Assembly: GCA_016933455.1 (NCBI GenBank)
Contig: JAFGAZ010000020.1
Coordinates: 119 to 64,118 of the forward strand
Direction: 5' to 3'
DNA: 64,000 bases
Origin: Candidatus Aenigmatarchaeota archaeon
GTDB taxonomy: Archaea > Aenigmatarchaeota > Aenigmatarchaeia > Aenigmatarchaeales > Aenigmatarchaeaceae
The notes under the pieces are model-generated. The model saw nothing but the letters and a program-made list of their open reading frames with translations. It searched no databases and was not told where the DNA came from. Made by a program: the position numbers and the translations under genes. Of the stretch, positions 21,381 through 30,975 are shown piece by piece. The number at the start of each line of letters is the position of its first letter. The first letter of the stretch is position 1.

Positions 21381-22148
21381 TCACTTTTGTTTTGTTCCTA
21401 TAAAATGCATGAACATTAGGTTGTATACAGGCCATATTATTTCAGGATATTTGTTTCTTTCAAAAACCTCTCTTTTCATATGATCTATATCTTTGAGTTC
21501 AACTCCGTACTTTTTGAAAGCGTTTTTTATCTCAAATGAAAAGGAAAACATGTAGTGGTCTAATGAAGGAAGTTTTAGTATATTCTTTTGTATCCATACT
21601 CTCAATTTTTTGGGCAAAAGAATTGTGAACGGCATGTTGTCATGTGGACTTTTTAGAATATATTGGGGGAACCATCTTCTTTCCTCTCCAACAAATATCT
21701 TTGCTCCAGGTTTCATAACTCTACATATTTCACTAACGAAATATCTCCATTTTGGAGCATGATGCAATGTATCTGTACAGATTATAAAATCAAAATACTC
21801 GTCAGGATAAGGTATTTTATAACCACCACCTTTCCATTTGCTTATTTTCTTATATTTTAATTTCAGTTCTTTGAATCTTGCCTTTGATATTTCCAAGAAA
21901 TAGTCTTCTACATCAAGACCATAACAAAAAGCCCCTTTTTCGGCAAACGAACATAATATTCCACCAGAACCCACAGCAACGTCCAATACTTTCTTACCTT
22001 TAACATTTGATTTTGTGTGTTTTAGAAACATTCTTCCGGCATCAAGCCTACTTATAGCATAAGACGTGTCGACATCCTTATGAGTCATAGGATGTTTCTT
22101 GTCCTTTTCCCACAAATCCATCTTTTTTTCCCATTTCATTTTTATCAC
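21381..22148 (-). CDS. Class I SAM-dependent methyltransferase
   Basis: VLDVAVGSG, FDFIICTDTLHH, RVMKPGA. Confidence 0.87.
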   Translation of the reverse strand: MIKMKWEKKMDLWEKDKKHPMTHKDVDTSYAISRLDAGRMFLKHTKSNVKGKKVLDVAVGSGGILCSFAEKGAFCYGLDVEDYFLEISKARFKELKLKYKKISKWKGGGYKIPYPDEYFDFIICTDTLHHAPKWRYFVSEICRVMKPGAKIFVGEERRWFPQYILKSPHDNMPFTILLPKKLRVWIQKNILKLPSLDHYMFSFSFEIKNAFKKYGVELKDIDHMKREVFERNKYPEIIWPVYNLMFMHFIGTKQK

Positions 22149-22151
22149 ACA

Positions 22152-23531
22152 TTATTTTGTAAAGGGTCTTATCATCATCTTAAATTGTGTTTTACTATCA
22201 TTTGATGTCAATAGTGAAAGATATTTGGGTATGTTTTTTATCATATTCCATTTCCATGTTTTTAATATTTTTCTTTTGTAATGTTTTAAATCTTCTTTTG
22301 TTAGGTTTTCGAGTTTTATGGGATAGTCATTTTTACAATAATCATAATCATCTATTTTTCTTATGTTTGATATTCCATCCTTTTGACATATTTCAAATAA
22401 TCTAGAGCCTATCATGGGAGTTGTTATACTAACTTGTATTGAATCTGGATGTATTTGACTGATAAGGTTTATTGTATCGTCCAAATCTTCTTTAGTTTCG
22501 GTTGGGGATCCTATCATTATGAAGGCGTTGGCTATCATGCGGTATTTATGGCACAAATAAAACGCTTTCCTGATCTGGTCCACTGTAATTCCCTTTTTCA
22601 TTACATCATTTAGTATACGTTGGCTGCCACTTTCTACACCAAAGTTTATTGAGATACAACCAGATTTCTTCAACACCTTAATAGTTTCAGAATCGATCAT
22701 GTCGACTCTTGTGCTTATGGACCACTCGATATCAAGTCTTTTCACGTGCTTACAAAAATGCTTTAGCCATTTCTTGTCGTAAGTAAACGTATCGTCCACA
22801 AAATAAAATCTGTATTTTTTGTTTCCAAGTTCGGCGTGTTTTGAAATTAACCATTTCATTTCTTTTATTACATTTTCCGGGCTCCTTCTTCGTATGGTAT
22901 TTCCAAAAACTTTCCTTTGTGTAGGCTGACAATAAACACAATTAAACGGGCATCCTCTAGCAGTAATCATGGTCATTTCTAAAGAAGATTTCAAATATTT
23001 CTCTATATCAACAAATGCTCTGTCTGGAAATGGAAGGGAGTCTAAATTTTCAATGCGTTCAGACGGTTTGTTCTTTATGATTTTGCCAGATTGTTTGAAT
23101 ACGATCCCCTTTATGTTTTTAAGAGACTTGTTTTTTTCAATCGTATTAACAATTTCTAGGAAGGTTCTTTCACCTTCACCCAAAACAACAATATCGACAT
23201 CTTTGTTCCTAATTACTTTATCAGTATCAACACATGCATGCACACCACCTACTATTATTTTGCTTTTTGGGGAAAGTTTTTTAGCTATTTTAATTGACCT
23301 AAACCCAGAAGACGCAATTGGAGTGAATATAGAAAATCCTATTATATCAGGTTTTGTTTCCTTTATCTTTCTTTCATATTTCTTCCAATTACTAAAAGTC
23401 ATATCGAAAACTTCACAGTCGATATCATTTTCCTTTAGATATGAAGCAATATACAGTATTCCTAAAGGATAGTCTTTACCTCCTGCTTCTATATCTTCAG
23501 GTTCTCTAGGAAAAACCAGCAAAACTTTCAT
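22152..23531 (-). CDS. Cobalamin-binding radical SAM protein
   Basis: Start placed at MKVLLVFP; YPLGILYIAS, GGVHA, GEGE, ARGCPFNCVYC, GVESG. Confidence 0.9.
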   Translation of the reverse strand: MKVLLVFPREPEDIEAGGKDYPLGILYIASYLKENDIDCEVFDMTFSNWKKYERKIKETKPDIIGFSIFTPIASSGFRSIKIAKKLSPKSKIIVGGVHACVDTDKVIRNKDVDIVVLGEGERTFLEIVNTIEKNKSLKNIKGIVFKQSGKIIKNKPSERIENLDSLPFPDRAFVDIEKYLKSSLEMTMITARGCPFNCVYCQPTQRKVFGNTIRRRSPENVIKEMKWLISKHAELGNKKYRFYFVDDTFTYDKKWLKHFCKHVKRLDIEWSISTRVDMIDSETIKVLKKSGCISINFGVESGSQRILNDVMKKGITVDQIRKAFYLCHKYRMIANAFIMIGSPTETKEDLDDTINLISQIHPDSIQVSITTPMIGSRLFEICQKDGISNIRKIDDYDYCKNDYPIKLENLTKEDLKHYKRKILKTWKWNMIKNIPKYLSLLTSNDSKTQFKMMIRPFTK

Positions 23532-23535
23532 AATA

Positions 23536-24567
23536 TCACAAACAAGAACATTTCTGACATTGTTTGGGTTGATTTTTGCTTCTTGCAGCTTTCCTAAATG
23601 CCATTGCCTTTTTATTATTCCATATATCTTTGAAGGACTCTTCAAAGATATTGCCGTAGAAAAAATGAACATGTGTCAGTGTTGTGCAGCAGGGCGTTAT
23701 CATTCCGTTCCATCTTATATATGCCTGATTCCAAGGTGCCACACATTTGGTTCTTACAAGAGAATAGTCTGATGTATTGTAAAACTTGACAGAAACTCCC
23801 AGTTCCTTACCGACCTTGTTTGCTTCTTTAATATATTTTTCAAAAAAGCTTCTGTTAGATCTCATCGCATGTTCTTCTGTTGACCATCCTGTATCAAACT
23901 TTATTTCTATGTCTTGAAATCTAAACTCTTTGACTCCTAGTTTGCTTGCAAGTCGAACCATATCAGGCAGGTCCTTTGCATTCTCCTTTAACAAAACAGA
24001 TTGTAGTATGACTTCCATTTTAGATTTTCTTTTCTTTATTTCATTTGTAAGATTTTTTATATTGGAACACACTTTATCAAAGTTAGCACCAACACGTATT
24101 GTTTCATACATTTCCTTGGAAGAGCTATCCATCGAAATGAACATTCTGTTGAGATTGTTTTTAATCAGGGATTTTATCTTATCATCAGTAAGCAATGTGG
24201 CATTTGTAGTGACAAACTTCCATACCTTTCTATCTTCCAAATATTCTATCATATCCGTAAATTTTGGATGAAGAAGAGGTTCACCTATTCCCATAAAGCC
24301 ATGAAAGTGCCAATATGGAAACTGTTTCTGCATAACTTCCTTCCATTTTTCAAAATCAACACTTCCCTGTTTTTTATAATCTATAGCAGCCCTTGGACAC
24401 ATTTTACATTTTAGGTTACAATCTCCTGTAGGCTCGGACATTATGGTTACCGGCTTTGAGATACATTTTATGGGTTTTGTTCTACATTCTAAATAATTCA
24501 TAGAAAGATTAAAAAGTCCGGACAAACCGGCTTTCCTTAAATTTACTTTTGTTATGTATTCTAACAT
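23536..24567 (-). CDS. Radical SAM protein with C-terminal SPASM/twitch domain
   Basis: CNLKCKMC; GEPLLH; CVAPW...PCC...GNI...CQKC. Confidence 0.9.
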   Translation of the reverse strand: MLEYITKVNLRKAGLSGLFNLSMNYLECRTKPIKCISKPVTIMSEPTGDCNLKCKMCPRAAIDYKKQGSVDFEKWKEVMQKQFPYWHFHGFMGIGEPLLHPKFTDMIEYLEDRKVWKFVTTNATLLTDDKIKSLIKNNLNRMFISMDSSSKEMYETIRVGANFDKVCSNIKNLTNEIKKRKSKMEVILQSVLLKENAKDLPDMVRLASKLGVKEFRFQDIEIKFDTGWSTEEHAMRSNRSFFEKYIKEANKVGKELGVSVKFYNTSDYSLVRTKCVAPWNQAYIRWNGMITPCCTTLTHVHFFYGNIFEESFKDIWNNKKAMAFRKAARSKNQPKQCQKCSCL

Positions 24568-24578
24568 TTTTTCTCAGC

Positions 24579-26084
24579 TTATATTAACTCAAAAATTATG
24601 CTTTCAGTATTCTGATACGTAGCATTGAAATGATCCGGATCGTTCATTACAACATCAAGGAAGTTCGTAGTAAATATTCCCAAAAGGTTGCTTTCTGGCA
24701 CAACGAAATTATTTCCTAAAACACTGCTCCACACAAGTATGTATGAAACGTTATAGTCTTTCAGTGTGTCGTATATGTAAGTGGAATCGCTTGTTGACAT
24801 TATCTCAGGCAACTCGTCTATGACCCATATAGCGTCCCTTTGAGCGAAGTATTTTACGCTACCTGCATATGTTGTAAGTACGAATTCGTCTTCTTGTGTA
24901 TTTTTTCCAAGCCATGTCAAAGCATTGACATAGTTGTCAGAATATCTTTGTGAAGATGAAGTGCTCATTGCTACAATAGAGCTAAAGTAAATCGATACTA
25001 TAACAAAACTTAACAACAAAACCGTGAATATTTTTTTGTAATCTTTGAGTCTGTATATGAAAAACCCACCTATTAGAGCCATTTGAGGAAATATTATGAA
25101 TATGTTTCTTGGTTCGGATATACCGAGTTGAAGGAAGTAGTATATGTTGTATAGTAACAAGAAAATTGCGGCCAAAAGCATGAAAAAAGCAACATCTTTG
25201 TTGACTTTATTTTTGCCCGCTTCCATGAAGAATAAGACAACGCTAAATATCATGGATATCATCATCAAATAACTTGTATTCGATATGTAGCTATCCAAAG
25301 TGAACATATGATTTGAAAAGTCTTGTGCTGTTATTCCCGACCATCCACTAAAAGCATCCGTAGGAGCATCGAAAAACGAATTGAGGAAAAGTATGTGTGG
25401 ATAATCGTAAAGTATTATGTTTCTAAGCGGAAATGCCATAGATAGCATTGCGGCAATGACTAATGCTATGAACAAATTCCTAAGTATTTCCTTGTCTTTC
25501 TTGTGAAGGTAAACCAAAATTTCGAAAATAAAGAGACCGGCAATCAGGAAAAGGCCGCTCTGCTTGGCAATAAATGAAAGGAAAAGCACAACGCCTGTCA
25601 AGACAGCCCCCTTGCCAGAGTCCATGTTCAAAATAACATAAGTTGCCAGTGCGGAAAAGAACGCAACAGGAATTTCCAAATAAACAAGCATCATATAATG
25701 ACTAAAAAGTGTTGCAGAAAGCAGTATGAAAGCTGCCAATATTCCATAAAAAACATTTATTCTCTTGCCTATCAGATAAACGACAAGCATTGTCAAAATG
25801 CCAAATGATGCTATTATCATCTTGGCTAAAGCCAAAGAAGGACCAAATATCATGAAAGGCACTGACAAAATCAAAGGTATCAAAGGCTGCATTGTACCTG
25901 TTGCTCTATTACCACTATCATAGGCAGGATATTCTGATTGAGAAAATGTTATTCCTAAATCATAGAAAAATGCTTCGTCCTCACCAAGCATCTGAGTCTG
26001 GGAAGCCAAATAAACAAAAACTATTCCAAGAACCAGAAGCGAGACTAGAAACAACTTTTCCATCATTTTTTCATCAAGCTTCAT
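24579..26084 (-). CDS. GT-C (ArnT/PMT-like) integral membrane glycosyltransferase
   Basis: GEDE after the first TM, about 12 TM segments, EPR motif, soluble C-terminal domain (ALTWLGKNT, NVSYILV). Confidence 0.78.
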   Translation of the reverse strand: MKLDEKMMEKLFLVSLLVLGIVFVYLASQTQMLGEDEAFFYDLGITFSQSEYPAYDSGNRATGTMQPLIPLILSVPFMIFGPSLALAKMIIASFGILTMLVVYLIGKRINVFYGILAAFILLSATLFSHYMMLVYLEIPVAFFSALATYVILNMDSGKGAVLTGVVLFLSFIAKQSGLFLIAGLFIFEILVYLHKKDKEILRNLFIALVIAAMLSMAFPLRNIILYDYPHILFLNSFFDAPTDAFSGWSGITAQDFSNHMFTLDSYISNTSYLMMISMIFSVVLFFMEAGKNKVNKDVAFFMLLAAIFLLLYNIYYFLQLGISEPRNIFIIFPQMALIGGFFIYRLKDYKKIFTVLLLSFVIVSIYFSSIVAMSTSSSQRYSDNYVNALTWLGKNTQEDEFVLTTYAGSVKYFAQRDAIWVIDELPEIMSTSDSTYIYDTLKDYNVSYILVWSSVLGNNFVVPESNLLGIFTTNFLDVVMNDPDHFNATYQNTESIIFELI

Positions 26085-26105
26085 TATTACACCTTCGATA
26101 TTAAA

Positions 26106-27074
26106 CTACTTAAATTTTACAAAAATACCGCGAAAGATGCCAAAGCACCAGGCAATGTTCCTGAAGGCAAATATCGCAAAGTACAATAGAAAATCGCTGC
26201 CTTTCCTGCTCAGCCTGTCGGCAAGGGCAAAGTACGTGAAAAGAAGAACGCCTAAAGGAAGCAAAGAGACGTATAGCAATTCGGGAAAAACAAAAGACAT
26301 TAGCAAAAACAACGCGAACGAATATATCAGCGTTATCTGGAAGGGTATGTAGAACTTTGTCAGATGGTCCCCGAACATCTTGTCCTTGTGCTTTTTGGCA
26401 AAAAACAGCATGAAGGCCGCCCTGGCATAGGCGTACTGCTGCTTAAAGTAGTTCTTCCATGTGGCCCGATGATAGTGGTAGACAATGGCGTCTTTCACAA
26501 AAACCATGCGCCCAAGCTTTGTGACCCTATAGCCCCAGTCGGTTTCCTGGGCAACTGCCAGATCCTCGTCAAACAGGACCTTTTTGGCAATCCTTGTCCT
26601 GACGCAAAGGGATATGGTGGGCAGGCGATCGACATATCTTGGCATCCTAGAAAAACGGTACTCTAGCTCCCTTCCGATTAGCTTCTGGAGAGTATTAACG
26701 CCTTTGGGGGTTTTGACCATTCCACCTGAAGCAACAACAGCCTCGCTGTCTATTGCCGAAATTAGCTTCTTTAGCCAGTCCTTTTGCACAACGCAGTCGG
26801 CGTCTGTAAAGGCGATGTACTCACTTTTGCACCTTCTTATCATGTGGTTATGGCCTGCGGCGATGTTGCCCTTGACCCTTTCAAGCCTTATCTTTTTGCC
26901 GTATTTCTTGAGAATTTCAAATGTCCCGTCGTCAGAATAAGCATCGGTCACATAGATTTTCTTGTTTTTGTAGTCCAGTTTCAGCAAGGAGTCTATGCAC
27001 TTTTTGATGGTGTTGCTAGAATTCCTAACAGTCACAAGCACTGTAACAGAAGGCTGCTTTGAAGACATCGTCAT
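26106..27074 (-). CDS. GT2 glycosyltransferase with C-terminal TM helices
   Basis: VTVRN, DAYSDDGT, FTDADC, QETD, QQYAYAR. Confidence 0.88.
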   Translation of the reverse strand: MTMSSKQPSVTVLVTVRNSSNTIKKCIDSLLKLDYKNKKIYVTDAYSDDGTFEILKKYGKKIRLERVKGNIAAGHNHMIRRCKSEYIAFTDADCVVQKDWLKKLISAIDSEAVVASGGMVKTPKGVNTLQKLIGRELEYRFSRMPRYVDRLPTISLCVRTRIAKKVLFDEDLAVAQETDWGYRVTKLGRMVFVKDAIVYHYHRATWKNYFKQQYAYARAAFMLFFAKKHKDKMFGDHLTKFYIPFQITLIYSFALFLLMSFVFPELLYVSLLPLGVLLFTYFALADRLSRKGSDFLLYFAIFAFRNIAWCFGIFRGIFVKFK

Positions 27075-27193
27075 CCTTTATTAAACGTTAATTTTTGAAT
27101 ATAATACTATTGTTTTGGCGTTTTAATAAGTAAAATCAAAAAAAGTCAATATTATTAAAATCCAAGGCATAAACAAATATACGAGATGATAAG

Positions 27194-28624
27194 ATGAAAG
27201 CAGTGTTTTTGAATCCTCCTTTTAAGAAATTCTACAACAGGGTTGTGAGGTGGCAGGCGGTCACCAACCAGGGAGCTTTGCACCCGCCCATTTGGCTATT
27301 GTACCAGGCTACCATGACAAAGCAGTCCGGGCACAAGGTCGATTTCATAGACGCCATTGCGGAGAATCTGGACTACCAGAAGACAATAGACAGGATAGGC
27401 GATGCTGACGTTGTGGTCATGGAAACAGCTGCATCATCTTTCAACAACGATGTCAGGTTTGCCAAAATGATAAAGGAGCAAAGGCCTGACATAAAGATAG
27501 CCATGTCAGGGCCGCAGGTAACGGCAATGCCCAAGTTCTCGATGAAAGAGCCAATAGACGCTGTGATATTCGGTGAGGCAGACCTTACAACAAAGGAATA
27601 TGTTGACAGCCTAAACCAGGCAAACAAGTCAGACATACTAGGACTTGTTTGGAGAAACGGCAATGAAATAGTCCAAAACAAGCCAAGGCCCCTAATAGAG
27701 GACCTAGACAGCATACCTGTGCCGGACAGGAGCTTATTGCCGATGGACAAGTACAGCGACTCCATGTTCCCGTCGCCTTTCTCTTTTTACTATACCATGA
27801 GGGGCTGCGCCTACAAGTGCATCTACTGCCTTTGGACTCACACGATATACAGGCAAAGGCTAAGGTTTAGGAGCCCGAGGCTGGCAGCAGAGGAAGTGCT
27901 AAACGATATCAAGAAACTAAAGTTGAAATGCTTCTACATCAACGACGAGTGCTTTACTGTGAACAAAAAGCATCTTATGGAATTCTGCAGGGAATTGGGC
28001 GACCCGGGCATAAGATGGGGCTGCTACTTTAGGTCGGACAACATAGACGAGGAGATGTGCAAAAGGCTAAAGGACAGCGGCTGTGAGATAATAAGAACTT
28101 CACCTGAAGTTGGGACAAACGAGGGTTTGAAAGTGATAAACAAGGGCGGAACCGCGTCAATGGAAAATGACATAAAGGCTTTCAAGCTGGCAAAGAAATA
28201 CGGGTTTGAAATTTACGCATCGTTTGTCTTGGGACATCCGGGAGAAACAAAGGAGACTATAAAGAAAACAGTCGAACACGCAATAGAGCTTGAGCCGGAC
28301 ACGGCGCAGTTCGCAATACTTCAGCCTCTTCCAGGAACGCCTTTCTACAACTACCTAAAGGAGAAGGGATATCTTCTCACTGAGAACTTTGACGACTATC
28401 TTAACGAGGCGGGCTCGACAAAGGCGGTTTTCGAGTACCCGTGGCTTTCACATGAGGACCTTGTTAACGGCTGGCACTATTGCTGGAGAAAATTTTATAT
28501 GAGACCCAAATTCATATTAAGAACAGGGCTTAGGCTTCTAAAGCATCCCAAGTTCATAGTGCCTACGATAAGCGCATACATGAACATGAGAAAGTCAAGC
28601 CTGAGCAAGAAGGTCGAATGGTAA
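27194..28624 (+). CDS. Cobalamin-binding radical SAM protein, HpnJ-like N-terminus
   Basis: MKAVFLNPP...RWQA...PPIWL; RGCAYKCIYCLW; GHPGET; PLPGT. Confidence 0.88.
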   Translation: MKAVFLNPPFKKFYNRVVRWQAVTNQGALHPPIWLLYQATMTKQSGHKVDFIDAIAENLDYQKTIDRIGDADVVVMETAASSFNNDVRFAKMIKEQRPDIKIAMSGPQVTAMPKFSMKEPIDAVIFGEADLTTKEYVDSLNQANKSDILGLVWRNGNEIVQNKPRPLIEDLDSIPVPDRSLLPMDKYSDSMFPSPFSFYYTMRGCAYKCIYCLWTHTIYRQRLRFRSPRLAAEEVLNDIKKLKLKCFYINDECFTVNKKHLMEFCRELGDPGIRWGCYFRSDNIDEEMCKRLKDSGCEIIRTSPEVGTNEGLKVINKGGTASMENDIKAFKLAKKYGFEIYASFVLGHPGETKETIKKTVEHAIELEPDTAQFAILQPLPGTPFYNYLKEKGYLLTENFDDYLNEAGSTKAVFEYPWLSHEDLVNGWHYCWRKFYMRPKFILRTGLRLLKHPKFIVPTISAYMNMRKSSLSKKVEW

Positions 28625-30042
28625 TGACAAAAATTTTGCTAGTAGAGCCGCCGGCACCGAAAAAACATAAAAGTTTGAGAGTTCTTGGAAGCGTGGGTTC
28701 TTTGAAAGCCAACATGATTTGGCCGCCATACGATCACATGCTAATCGGGGGTCTTCTTAGAAAAAATGGCATTTATGATTTTGACATAATAGATGCTCAG
28801 AACCTAAACATCACTTATCCGCAGCTAAAAAACATGATAAGAAAGGCAAGGCCCGAGTTTGTTGTTTTCACAACAACCAACCACAGCCTTCCAAGCGACC
28901 TAAACACGGCAAAGGTTGCAAAGCAGGTTGACAAAAACATAAAGACTGCGGCAATCGGTCTTTCAATCCAGGCAATAAAGGACTTGGACAATGTAATGAA
29001 GAAAAACAAGGATTTGGATTTCATAGTATACAACGAGGCAGAGTACCCGGTGCTCAATTTGATAAAGAATAATTACAATCCCAAAGATGTTCTTGGCATA
29101 TACTACAGAAAGGGCGGAAAGATTGTAAAGAACAAACCGCAACCGCCAATAGACTATGATTCTTTGGGAATTCCGGCGCAAGACAAGATTCCTTTGGAAA
29201 TATACAAGGACCCGCTGATGGAAAGAAAGCCCTTCACTTTGGTTTGCAACTCCAGGGGCTGCGTGGGCTCGTGCATTCACTGCTCGTCTTTCCCGTTCCA
29301 AAGGCCCCTAAGGCACAGGTCGATAGACAATGTCATAGAGGAGCTAAGGCTGATAAAGAGGCTGGGCGTCAAGGAGATAAAGTTCTTTGACAACTGCTTC
29401 ACCGGCAATCCCAAGTGGACTGAAAAGTTCCTCAAAAGAATGATAGAAGAAGATTTCAATTTCACATGGCTATGCGATGTAAGGGCGGATTGCACGCCAA
29501 TGCATCTGTTAAAGCTCATGAAAAAGGCAGGATGCCACACAATAATGATGGGCGGGGATAGCGCAGACCAAAAGGTCTTAGACAGCATGCACAAGAGGCA
29601 GACAGTAAAGCAAGTAGAAGACGCAGTGAAGAGAATCAAGAGCCTTGGTTTCAAGCTCCTGCTTTATTTCGAATTCGGCTATCCAGCAGAAACAAAAGAG
29701 ACAATGGAAAAGACAATAGAGTTTGCCAAGAGAATGGATCCTGACATGGTAACCTTTGCAGTTGTTACGCCTGTTTACAAAACGCAGTTCTATGACTTTT
29801 TGGAAAAGAACAACTATCTTGACAAGAGCGCGAACATAGAAAAATACGACACAATAAAGCCCCCTGTTTACAACTATCCGCATCTATCAGCCGAAGAAAT
29901 ATACGCAGCATCAACAAAAGGCTATCGTGAATTCTACCTGAGGCCAAAGTTCATATTAAAGAGATTGAAAAATTCCCCGTCGCTAAAAGACGACATTGAG
30001 AATTTCAAGATGTTCATGAAGCAGTTCATCCTAAGAAACTAG
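28618..30042 (+). CDS. Cobalamin-binding radical SAM protein
   Basis: KILLVEPP; SRGCVGSCIHC; GYPAET; EFYLRP. Confidence 0.88.
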   Translation: MVMTKILLVEPPAPKKHKSLRVLGSVGSLKANMIWPPYDHMLIGGLLRKNGIYDFDIIDAQNLNITYPQLKNMIRKARPEFVVFTTTNHSLPSDLNTAKVAKQVDKNIKTAAIGLSIQAIKDLDNVMKKNKDLDFIVYNEAEYPVLNLIKNNYNPKDVLGIYYRKGGKIVKNKPQPPIDYDSLGIPAQDKIPLEIYKDPLMERKPFTLVCNSRGCVGSCIHCSSFPFQRPLRHRSIDNVIEELRLIKRLGVKEIKFFDNCFTGNPKWTEKFLKRMIEEDFNFTWLCDVRADCTPMHLLKLMKKAGCHTIMMGGDSADQKVLDSMHKRQTVKQVEDAVKRIKSLGFKLLLYFEFGYPAETKETMEKTIEFAKRMDPDMVTFAVVTPVYKTQFYDFLEKNNYLDKSANIEKYDTIKPPVYNYPHLSAEEIYAASTKGYREFYLRPKFILKRLKNSPSLKDDIENFKMFMKQFILRN

Positions 30043-30953
30043 AATTTGGGTTCTCTTTTGTACTTTACATATATTTTTGTTCGCTTCTCGCTTTTCTTTC
30101 TATGAGCCGCTGCTATTGAAACAGTGTAAACCATTCCCCAATAGAAGAATGCGGCAATGTCTTTTAGGGAATACTTGTAGATGTTTGAGAGAAAATACAA
30201 AAACACTTTCGAATAGAACTTGCCGTATTTTATCTTTCTTCTTTTGGCAATTCTCATCAATGCAATCGTACTTCTTCTTTTTTGCAGAAACAGCCTGCTC
30301 GAATCTTTAGGTAAACCGATCGGATAGTACGGTATGTCAGGAAAAAGGAGCTTGTATCCCTGCTCTATTATCCTATACCCGAACTCTATGTCGTCTGCCA
30401 TTATTCTCGGGTTTATTTTCGGTATCAGTTTCTTCCTAAAGGAGTTGCATATCAAAGGCATGTCCCATTTGCCTTCTATTACAGGATGCTTCTGAGTGAA
30501 CCAGTCGTAGACAAGGCGCTGCACGAATATCTCGCCCCTGGATATCATGCTCTTTCTCTTCTCGGATTCCAAAGAGTCCCTTACCCTGAAAGATAGCCCG
30601 CCGACTTTCGGGTCCTCGTATAGCTTGGCGACCTGAAACAGAACCTTTGAGGGGTTTCCCAGCCTTATGTCGGCATCGTTCTTGACAATTATATCTCCTG
30701 TCGCCCTTTTTATCAGGTCATTTTCAGCAGCGCTTGTGCCCCTTCTTTTGGGGGAGAAATCAATTTTTATCCTCTTGTATTTCTTGGCATACTTTTTTGC
30801 AATCTCATGTGTCTTGTCTTCGTCAGTATCGATTCCGATTATTATCTCAAGATTTGGATATTTTATTTTCTTGACAAGATACTCCAAGGCATTGCCGATT
30901 GTTTCCTCTTCCTTGTATGCCGGAACTATGACAGAAATCTTGGGATATTTCAT
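30039..30953 (-). CDS. GT2 glycosyltransferase
   Basis: ISVIVPAYKEE, NDAD, ADD, QKRRS (QxxRW-like). Confidence 0.87.
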   Translation of the reverse strand: MKYPKISVIVPAYKEEETIGNALEYLVKKIKYPNLEIIIGIDTDEDKTHEIAKKYAKKYKRIKIDFSPKRRGTSAAENDLIKRATGDIIVKNDADIRLGNPSKVLFQVAKLYEDPKVGGLSFRVRDSLESEKRKSMISRGEIFVQRLVYDWFTQKHPVIEGKWDMPLICNSFRKKLIPKINPRIMADDIEFGYRIIEQGYKLLFPDIPYYPIGLPKDSSRLFLQKRRSTIALMRIAKRRKIKYGKFYSKVFLYFLSNIYKYSLKDIAAFFYWGMVYTVSIAAAHRKKSEKRTKIYVKYKREPKF

Positions 30954-30975
30954 AATATCTTATTGCAATTTTGTT

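Noticed and set aside
22152..23672. Long N-terminal extensions in the ORF track (also at 32151, 52349, 49846)
   Set aside because: They overlap neighbouring genes; downstream ATGs match the family N-termini and were used instead.
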